From NCBI GenBank assembly GCA_963422375.2, contig OY729428.2, forward strand, positions 64,001-128,000: a stretch of DNA of 64,000 nucleotides, read 5' to 3'. Below the pieces are notes generated by a model. The model saw nothing but the letters and a program-made list of their open reading frames with translations, did not search any database and was not told the origin of the DNA. The first letter of the stretch is position 1, and every line of letters begins with the position of its first letter. The translations under genes and the position numbers were made by a program. This stretch comes from Bryobacterales bacterium (GTDB lineage Bacteria; Acidobacteriota; Terriglobia; Bryobacterales; UBA6623). Shown in pieces: positions 55,303 through 64,000 of the stretch.

Positions 55303-58300
55303 CGTGCGCCTCCTCCCATTCGCTCCGCCGCCAGTCGGCTAGGCGCAGCAGCGCTTCGAGGTACGCCAGCCCCCACCAACCGTAGCGCCGCGTCAGGCGC
55401 CAGTAGCGATCCGCGATACCGGAATTGAGACGTTCGAGGCCGGTCGGGCCGGACCAGCGCAGGCGATAGCCGCGCAGCTCGAACGCGACCTGTGGGGCTG
55501 CCTCGTCGTTCACGACCGGCGCGAATGGGCGGCACTGCCCGTGATGGCTGGCGACGAGGTGCAGCACTAGGTCGCGCAGGTCTTCGTCCCGGGGCAGTAT
55601 CGCCGGCACCGACTCGGCCAGACGCACCGACAGCAACTCATGCCTGCCTCCCTCGGGGTATCCCGCAGACTCGCGGGCACGGCGGCGCGCGGCGCGGGTC
55701 TTCGGCATGTGCGGGAACTTGGCTAAGAGGTCGAGGTCGCTCACCCACCAAGGCGACCCGCCACGCAGCAGGGACTGGAATCGGGAATCGGCCTTCCCGA
55801 CATCGTGCAGCAGCCCGGCGCGGGCGACGGCCTCGACCAATGGGTCCGGCAGCCCGCAGCCGACGGCATGTCGCCGCGCAAACGCTTCCACGCCGGGAAG
55901 GTGGGGTTGAAGCGGCACGGGCCTGCCGTCGCGATGCGCGGTGCCGGATGCCGAGGCGTCGTCCTCGTCGCTGAAGGCATCGGCCTCGCCGGTGAGCTCC
56001 GGGATTCGGCAGCGACCGGCGAGCACCAAGGAGCCCTCGCCGGTCATCCGGCACTCGCGTCGCAGGCTGCGGACGCTAGGGAATTCGCCGGCAAGCTCCC
56101 GGGCAGCTTCCGTCAGCCAGTTCCATCCGGCCGGGGCTTCGGATGCCGCCAGCGCTGCAAGGAGATTGCACAGGTTCTCGGCGAGTCCGTCCGGGTCCTC
56201 CTCGTACCGCTGTTCGAGATTCTCCAGCAGTGTCAAGGCGGTCGTCTTGGCCGGAAAGCTGTCCGGCCAGGAGGAAACGAGAGCGTTGTGGAGTCTGAGT
56301 ATCGGCTTGGCGCGGGCGATGGGTATGAACGGTCGCCGACATCCAGCAGGGCGGGGTTGGGATCCGCGTCCTGATCGAGCACGAGATCGCCGAGTGCGCG
56401 CCAAGGCCCGGGATGGCGGGTCGGAATCGCGATCACGTCGCCGGGGCGAATGTCGTTCGGCGTCGAGGTGATGTCCTCCGGGCCGGTCTGCCTGCCGCGC
56501 CAGCGGACGACCCGTTGGTCGGCCTGCTTGTGGGTTTCCGAGCGGACCGACGCCGACACTTCTTCCGCACCCGCTTCGCCTTGGTAATCGGCATGAGGTA
56601 TGTCGGCGCTCGAGTCTTCGGTACTTCCGTCGCCAGCCAGCCAACGCTTGAACACGCTGATCGGCACAGGCAGCGTTTCGCCACTGCTCGGCGGGCACAG
56701 GTTCAGGGAGTCGAGCGCGGTGCGCTAGATTTCCTCGCTCGAAAGATCGATGTCGGCGCGCCAGCAGACCTGCACGTCGGGTGCGCCTTGCTGCGGCCCA
56801 CGTAGGAAGGACGCCACATCCGGCGAAGGGCGAGGCTCGGGGGAAGTTTGCGCCCAGCAATCGACATGGGCGGGCAGCATCACCGGTGCGGATTTTGCCG
56901 GGGCGTTCAGCGCGGCGAGCGCTTTCCCATCCAGATCCGCCACCAGCTTCTCCATGGCGGCGATGCCGAAATCGACCTTGCCGTTCGCATCCTTGTTTTG
57001 TTTCAGCCACTTCCAAGTTTCACTCAGGGCCTTGCCATAGACCGGATCCTCCTTGTCCCCCCGCTTTGGTCTGGCTTGCTCGGCGCGGATGACGATCACG
57101 GCGCAGCACTCGATGTCGCGTCCCATCCGGTTCAGTCTTCCGAAGCGCTGCCGGAGGGCGTCCAGGCTTGCGCACTCGGTCACAAGCCCGTCGAAGTCTA
57201 GGTCCGCGCCGACTTCCAGAGTCTGAGTGGCGACGACGACTACTGGCTTCTCCAGTGTTCGGTCAGTGGATTGGCCTGAATGAAGCTGTAAACGGCGCAG
57301 CCGATCGCCGATGGCCTGCCTGTCCACCGCCCGCATGCGCCCCGTGAGCAAGACGGATTCCACCTCCGGCACCGAGGAATTCCCCAGCAACCCGTGGGTC
57401 ATCCGAGCCGTCGCAACCCGGTTGGCGAAGACGACGATCGCTCGCCGCTGTCCGTTCAACAGCCTTCGGGCGGCAGCGGCCAACGTTTTCGCCAGCTTGC
57501 CGGTGCCCTCGGTCTTCGGGGTTCTTGGATCAACCAGCTCGGCGGGTTTCACCGCTAATTGGCGTCGGCCGAGCCGATGGTGCGGGTCGCGTCCCTCGCC
57601 GGAGCAGTCCCGGAATATGCGCACGGCCCTTGGCGGGGGCGTAGCGGACATCACCACCGGGTAGAAGCAGTGGTCGAGGGGTTCCTCCGCCCAGTCGCGA
57701 TACCTGCGCACGGCTTGCAGGGTTTGCAGGAACGGCTGCGCACAATGCGCTTCGTCGAGCAGGATGAGACTGTCGTTGGCGATGAGCCCCGCGTACACGG
57801 GCCACGTCCCAGGCCCCCGCCCGTAGGCACGGAACAGCAAGCGCGAGCCGATCTGATCGACAGTGGAGGCGATGACGGTGGGTTGCAGCGGATTTCGCGC
57901 CCAGGCTTCCGAGCGGTACATGCCGCCGCGCAGCGAATGCACAACGAGGGGACGCTCGCCGCCCGCATCTGTCATTCCGCCGCTCGCGAGGCACTGCAAG
58001 CGGTCCGCCACCGTCTTCAGGATGCCGTCCTTCGCGCATTCGAGCTTGGCAGCCAGACATCGCGCGCGTTCGTAGGCTTCGTCCACGATGATCCGCCGGT
58101 CCACCACAAAGAAGATCCGTCGTGGTGCTGCGATCACTCTGCGCGGCCCGAGAGATGTACGCTGGGCGCGGACGGCAAGGGCGAAGACGGCGATGTCGAT
58201 ACAGGACGTCTTGCCGGAGCCGGTCGGCAGGACAATCGCGTCCGGCCAGGATTGGAATTCCTCATCGCTACCGGATGGTCGGCAATCGGTTCGGCCGTCG

Positions 58301-58422
58301 CTGCGGAGCGAAGTACACAACACCTTCTCTGTCAATGCGGATTGCCATGCGAATGGCGTTGTGTTTGTCCCCCAGAGTTCAGTGAAGTATTCGGCGAAGT
58401 CAGAGTGCTCGAGCTTTGCAAT
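55289..58422 (-). pseudogene. cas3: Type I-G Cas3 (N-terminal helicase, C-terminal HD nuclease), inactivated
   Basis: PFAWQ, LPTGSGKT, DEAH, MSAT, TQTLEVGADLD, QRFGRLNR, then HDVGK, RHE, SHHG, LRLAD; TAG at 56725-56727, frameshift near 56325, start removed by IS. Confidence 0.93.
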
Positions 58423-58423
58423 T

Positions 58424-59450
58424 CCTGATTACCCACAAGACTCAGCCAAGGTTAGGAGACGGTAAGGCATGGGCGGGGTGCGCACGGAGGCGTGGAGCAG
58501 GCGGGGGACCAGCGCCTCCAGGTCGTAGCGGCGGTTGAAGCGGTAGCGGAACTCGGCGAGGTACCGCGGCAGGTGCTTGCCGTCGAGCGCATGGCAGGTT
58601 CCCGCCAGGGACTGCTTGACGTTCGCCAGCATCGTGTTGACCCGGACGAAGCGCGAATCCCCGCAGCTCCGCTGCCCGCCCCCGGTGACGGTCGGCACGT
58701 GCTCGCAGCCGGCGCCGGCCACGCCCCGCAAGCAGGCCGGGCCGTCGGCATGCACCTCCGTGCCGGGCTGCAAGTGCCGCCCGGCCCACGCTGCCAGCGT
58801 CTTCTTGCGCAAGCCCGTCACGCTGGCCACGCTGCTCATGCGCATCCTTGCCGGCTTGCCGGCGGCGGTGACCTGCACGGCGGCGACGAACGGCGTCTTG
58901 CCCGCCGCGCTGCGACCGCGCTGGCCCCCGCTCCGCTCCCCGCCCCAGTAGGCATCGTCCACCTGCACGATGCCGCCCGGCGGCACGCGCTCGTCGCGCT
59001 CCTTCATCACTTGCAGGAGCTTGTGCTGCACCTTCCAAGCCGTGTTCCGGCTCACGCCCAGCTGCCGCGCCAGTTCCAGCGACGAAACGCCGTGCTGGCC
59101 CTGCGTCAGCAGGTGGAGCGCCAGGAACCAGACGGTCAGCGGCAGCTGGGTGGCGGCGAAGATCGTGCTGGCGACGAGGGAGGTCTGGCGGTGGCAGAGC
59201 TTGCGGGAGCGGATGCGGCAGTGCCGTCGGGAGCCGCACTCCGGGCAGCGGCCGCCGGCCGGCCAGCGGGCGTTGAAGACGGCGTGCTCGCATTGCCCCT
59301 CGCTGCCGTAGCGCTGCAGGAACTTGCCCGGACTGAGTCCCTTCTGGCATTGCACGCGATTGCGTTTCAGCTGCTAGCCCCTTTCCTAGCAGAGATTTCC
59401 GACCTCCTCCAGTATAGCATATCCTCGGCTGACGTTCGTTGGTAATCAGG
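58424..59450 (-). mobile_element. IS1595 family element (type A, copy 3)
   Basis: Ends CCTGATTACC / GGTAATCAGG; near-continuous transposase frame but start codon changed to CTG and a zinc-ribbon deletion; no target duplication. Confidence 0.93.
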
Positions 59451-59452
59451 TA

Positions 59453-60986
59453 GGGAATTATATATCTGAGTGCCGACAACGCCATATCCGACTAGAACTG
59501 CTGTGAGCAGGGAGGTGGGTGTCGAGCTGGGGTCATTCGAGTGCGGCCGCGGCGGGCACAGAGGGGTGGGGGGGTGGGATCGTATCTGAATCGAGCCTGC
59601 CAGCGGATTGGACGAGGAAGGGACTAGAGAGGCCGCCTCGCCTGCCCCGGTTGCCCCGCTGGAACCCGGTTGGCGGTGGCAGGGCACCCCTTGCAAGCCG
59701 ATTGCAGGCCTTGCGAGGGCCGAAGACAGCGGATCCCCGGCGCTCGACGGCCTGCATGGACGGTCCGGACCGGACCGGGGTCGCACCGGGGCATTCCGCA
59801 TCCGGTGCGCCCCTCGTACCGAGCGTGAAGCGTACCGAGCGTGCAGCGCGCGCCCGCAGCGGGCTGCCGCGCTCGGCGCGGCGGGCGCCGCTCGGGCCGC
59901 GACCGCGGCCTGGCCGGTCAGCTGCCGGCAGGTCAGCGTCCGGCCGACCAAGCCCCGCGCCATGCGCCGCATCCGTTCCGCCGTGTCGCAGTCGCGGTCG
60001 TTGCGCCGTCCCGCGAACTCCGTGAGGTAGCGGCCGAGATGACGGACGCTCATCCGGTGATAGGTTCCGTACAGGCCGCGCTCGAACAGGGACCCAAACG
60101 ATTCGATGCCGTTCGTATGCGCCGCCCCGCGCACGTACTCGCCGCCGGAGTGCCTGACGGCTTCGTGCGCGAACTCCTCCATGCCGGCGCAGGCCGCCGC
60201 CTCGTCGGAGCGGACCTGCGCGCCCGGCGCGACCCGGCCGCGCACGAAGCCCTGCAGGTCGCCCTTGGTCGTGCCCGGCAGCGGCCGCGCGGCCACTGCG
60301 TTCGTGGCGCGGTCCCGCGCCCCCGCCACCGGGGTCTTGCCGACGGGCCCGCGCCCGGCACGGGCCTTCTTGCTCTCGTGCTGGTTGCGTTCCTTGCCGC
60401 CGACGCAGGTCTCGTCCACCTCCACCGGGCCGGCGAACGGGCCCCGATCCCGCTCCCGGCACGCGCGGATGCGGTGCGCCAGGTGCCGGGCCGACTTCCG
60501 GCTGATGCCCGGGTCGCGGTGCAGCTTCATGCTCGAGACGCCCTTGATGCCGGTGGTCAGCAGGAACAGGGCGACGGCCCGGGTGCGGTAGCCGAGCTTG
60601 GTGTCGGCCGTCACGCTGCCGGTGCGCACCGAAAAGCGCTTGCCGCAGCCGCGGCAACGGTACGGCATCGAAGGGTGGGCCGCGTCGGACTGCACACTGG
60701 AGCCGCGGCAGCGGGGGCACGCGGGACCGTCCGGCCAGCGCATGGAGGCGAACCACTTTTCCGCGGATTCGTCATCGGCGAACATGGCGATCACTTCGAT
60801 CAATGTGATGCCTTTACGGAACCACTTTCCGGGACCTTGTTTCTTCATTTACGGTATCCCATACTGGAACTATTCTACCAAGAAACACCACAGAATATCA
60901 ACGGAAATTCGGAAGAAATATGAAATCTTATAATAGCTTGATAATTTGCCGACTTGATTCCCTAGGCACTCAGATATATAATTCCC
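59453..60986 (-). mobile_element. IS1595 family element (type B, copy 2)
   Basis: 22-bp TIR as in the 37097 copy; transposase from 60848 with VEVDET, SDE, HTNGIESF, YLTEFAGR; the frame runs on past the expected end. Confidence 0.93.
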
Positions 60987-62903
60987 TATTCGATCCCGGA
61001 GAGCTCCTCCAAGCGGTCGATATCGAAGTAGCGGTACAGGTCGAGACAGAACAGATCCGGCGCGTCCAGGTGCCGCACCGGGGCGTCCAGCAGATGTCGG
61101 AGGCTCGCCGCGCCCTCGCTGCTGACCACGTCGGAAAACAGGCGAGGGGCCAAGGCTGCCGCAGCCAGCGCGGCGACCTAGCTCCGGATCCCGTAGGTTT
61201 CCAGCCGCGTGCCCGGGCCGAACCAGTGCGCCAGCGCCACCAGCTGGGCCACCTCGACTCCCAGCGGTCGCGCTCCCACAGCCGCGAGCAGCTGCACGTT
61301 GCGCTCGGGAGCGCGGCCCGGGAGAGTGGCGTCACCGGTGAATATCAGGTCCGCGGCGAGCACGCGCTCGCCGCGATTGACCCGCTGCGCCACGGCGGCA
61401 GCTGCGGCCGCCTTGCCGCCGTCGTGCAGGACGATTCTCGACGGTCGGCCACGAGCGGGCCCGTCCCTCGCCTGCAGCACGACGCCTGTCGGCGAAGTCA
61501 ATCCGATAGGACCGGGTGTCGATCCCCTTGCTGCGCGTGCCGGACAGGAACCAGGCCCTCTCGACTTCGACCGGCTCGTAGCGCAACGTGTCGCGCAGCA
61601 AGCTGCGCTGCCCGGCCGCCCACGATCTGCGCGCCGCGGCCTCGGGCGGGATTTCGTCCCGCTCGACGCGGTCCGCGAGAAGCCTGGCGATTCCCAGAAT
61701 CGTCAGATTGCCCGGGGGCGGCCCCACGGCCAGCTCCCCAGCCGTCTTGAGTTCGCGGCCGGCCGGGGTCTCGGCGTCGACCGGAGCCAGGCCGAAGCGG
61801 CTCGCGAAGAACCGGAGCGCCTGCAGCCGGTTGTCGGCCTGGTAGTTGTGGTCACCCGGGTCGAAGTTCTCGTGAAAGAGGAAGTCCTCGGCAGTCCCGA
61901 ACAGATCCCACACCGGCAGCAGGGCGTCGTAGGTCGCCGGCTTCACGCGGTGGGAGCGGAAGATGTCCTCTGCATTGTGGATCTGCAGCAGGGGCCGGGG
62001 GGCAACCAAGGCCGTGAGGTGGGTGTACTCGAACTCGGCTAGGAGGTCCGTGCCCTTCTGCTCCCAGTCCCCGACGTCCCCGGGCCCGAAGTCTTCGAGA
62101 CGCGACACGAGAGAGGAGTGGCCCGCGACCGGCACGGCCGCACGGACCCTCTCGTCCAGCGCGCTCAGCAGAATCGTCTACCAGCCTCCCCCCGAAAGCC
62201 CCGTCATGCCGATGCGCTTCCGGTCGACGTCGGGATGGGCATGCAGGTAGTCGAGGCCCCTCTTCGCGGCGAGGTAGAAGAGACCGATCCCGTTGGCGCC
62301 GACCAAGTCGAGATGCGCCCCGAACCAGTGCTGGTTTTGCGAATGTTCCAATTCGCCGAAGTAGAGCCACTCCAAGTTGAGGGCGTAGATGCCGCGCTTG
62401 GCTTGGTTGATGCAGCGCTTCTGCTTGTACTCGATATCCTTGCCCCGGCCGTAGATGTGACCGTTGACGTTGAGCACGGCGGGAGCGAGCAGACGCGCGC
62501 TCTCCGGCTCGTACAGGAGAGCCGGAACGCGAAGTTCGGGAATCACCTCGAGCCGGAGCTTGCGGATCCTGTAGCCCGGACCCGCGCCGTCGACCCAGCC
62601 GCGCTCCTCCGCAACGAGGGGACGGTCCACCCACTCGTCCGGCCAGCCGTTCAGGACCGTTTCTAGGATCCTCGCGCGGATCTGCCGCGAACTCGCGCTC
62701 CATTCCTCCGCCGTCGCCGGTGCCGGCGGTTCGGGCACGCGGGCCATCAGATAGCGGCTGAGCTGATAGCCCACGACCTCCTGCGAGATCAGCGGCTGCT
62801 CGAGGATCGGCTCGAGGTTTGACGCGGTCGTCTGAGCGAGTCCGGGCGCGGCGAGCGCCGCAAGGACGATGGGCAGCCGGAACCGGGATCGCTGGCCAAG
62901 CAT
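60987..62903 (-). pseudogene. Secreted alpha/beta hydrolase (acetylxylan esterase-like), inactivated and cut by IS
   Basis: VPALLYEP, NVNGH, RIGMTGLSGGGW*TILLSALD, GDWEQ, APRPLL, HNY; in-frame TAG at 62178-62180 and frameshift near 61490. Confidence 0.8.
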
Positions 62904-62984
62904 TGGCCAGACTATATCGATTCCAGCCGACCCTCTGCGCAGCTATAATTCGAACGGGCCCGCCCAAGCGCCCGGAGGTTTCCA

Positions 62985-64000
62985 GTGACCAAGACGAAAC
63001 TCGCGCGCGCCGTCCTTGTTGCAGCATTCACGCTGGCCGCGGCGGCCGCGTACCAAGCGACCAAGACCGAGGCGATGATGGCGGACGCGGCGAACCGGCT
63101 GCTCGAGTCGCTGGACCGCATGCAGCGCATGGGCACGGTGTTCTCCATGGACGCGGCGGAGCGCACGAACTGGCACTACTTCCCGGAGCCCGGATTCGCC
63201 GATGAGTACGGCTACGTGCGCAACGGGATCACATTCAAGGACATGGACGCCAAGCAGAAGCACCTCGCCTACGCGCTGCTGAGCACCGGTCTCGGACGGG
63301 CCGGATTCGTCAAGACCATGAACGTGATGGCGCTGGAAGAGGTCGTCCGGGCGATCGAGGACGACCGCACCGGCTATCGCGACACCGAGCGGTTCCATTT
63401 CACCGTGTTCGGAACCCCGACCATGACCGGGGACTGGGGCTGGAGGGTCGAGGGCCATCACGTGTCCCTGCACTACACGATCCGGAACGGGGAGCTGGTC
63501 GCGGCCAGCCCGACCTTCCTCGGCGCGAACCCGCACGACGTGCCGCAGGGCCCGCACCAGGGCATGCGCCCCCTCGAGCGCGAGGAAGACCTAGCCCGGA
63601 CGCTGCTCAAGTCGCTGGGCCCCGAGCAGCGGGGCGAGGCGATCTTCGACCCGCAGGCGCCCTACGACATCGTGACGATGGCCGACAAGCGCGCGCGGCT
63701 CGACGGCGCCCCGCAGGGCCTCCCGGCCTCTTCCATGACCGACGTGCAGTACGAGGGCCTGCTGGGCCTGATCGCCGAGTACGCCGGCACCATGCCGCCG
63801 GAAATCGCCGCGCGGAGGATGAAGGCCGCCCGCGCGACGCCCCGCGAGGAACTGTTCTTCGGCTGGGCAGGCGACATCGAGCGCCCCGATGCCAAGCCGA
63901 TCGAGATCGGCAGCAAGACCACCGAGAACCGGCACCTGGCCGGGAACTACTACCGCGTCCAGTCGCCGAGCTTCCTGATCGAGTACGCCAATACGCAGAA
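62985..64000 (+). CDS. DUF3500 domain protein (partial, runs off the window)
   Basis: GGAGG RBS plus GTG, signal peptide, ERTNWHYFP, VFGTP, WGWRVEGHHVSLH, PTFLGANP, YYRVQSPSFLIEY. Confidence 0.88.
   Translation, partial: MTKTKLARAVLVAAFTLAAAAAYQATKTEAMMADAANRLLESLDRMQRMGTVFSMDAAERTNWHYFPEPGFADEYGYVRNGITFKDMDAKQKHLAYALLSTGLGRAGFVKTMNVMALEEVVRAIEDDRTGYRDTERFHFTVFGTPTMTGDWGWRVEGHHVSLHYTIRNGELVAASPTFLGANPHDVPQGPHQGMRPLEREEDLARTLLKSLGPEQRGEAIFDPQAPYDIVTMADKRARLDGAPQGLPASSMTDVQYEGLLGLIAEYAGTMPPEIAARRMKAARATPREELFFGWAGDIERPDAKPIEIGSKTTENRHLAGNYYRVQSPSFLIEYANTQ

Noticed and set aside
48781..59450. Composite transposon formed by two inverted IS1595 copies around the cas genes
   Set aside because: The 48781 copy keeps its own target duplication inside the csx1-like gene, so the two copies inserted independently.
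54730..62180. Stop-codon recoding to explain in-frame stops in cas8g, cas3 and the hydrolase
   Set aside because: The stops are of mixed type (TGA and TAG), TAG and TGA both end normal genes here, and cas3 and the hydrolase also carry frameshifts and IS damage. Ordinary pseudogenisation fits better.

Overview
High-GC bacterial chromosome segment. The gene set (acidobacterial-type VWA protein, PSD1/planctomycete cytochrome c, DUF1080, DUF3500, Tat-exported Gfo/Idh/MocA) suggests Acidobacteriota; this is inference. Intact housekeeping blocks are grpE-dnaJ, a sufBCDS-sufT-rrf2-mrp operon, a sugar nucleotidyltransferase, an Ala/Gly symporter, larA, a CNNM transporter, an OPT transporter, a His-rich TonB receptor, gltA, tRNA-Ala(CGC) and tRNA-His(GTG). 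They alternate with three IS-riddled, decaying defence islands at about 20.4-23.9 kb, 33.4-38.5 kb and 46.2-61.0 kb. The main finding is a type I-G (I-U) CRISPR-Cas operon on the minus strand (cas3-cas8g-csb1-csb2-csx1-like). Its Csb2 carries an in-frame phosphoribosyltransferase-fold domain of about 240 aa between the Cas5- and Cas6-like halves, and it is translationally coupled to a CARF-HEPN-CARF gene. No Cas10, cas1/2 or array is present in the window. Other unusual signals are a tRNA-His lacking G-1 (G1:U72, A73), a non-coding AT-rich segment packed with GANTC sites, and two apparent mutational signatures (8-13 bp tandem duplications; CCWGG-type C>T changes). All product calls are by eye from motifs; no searches were run.
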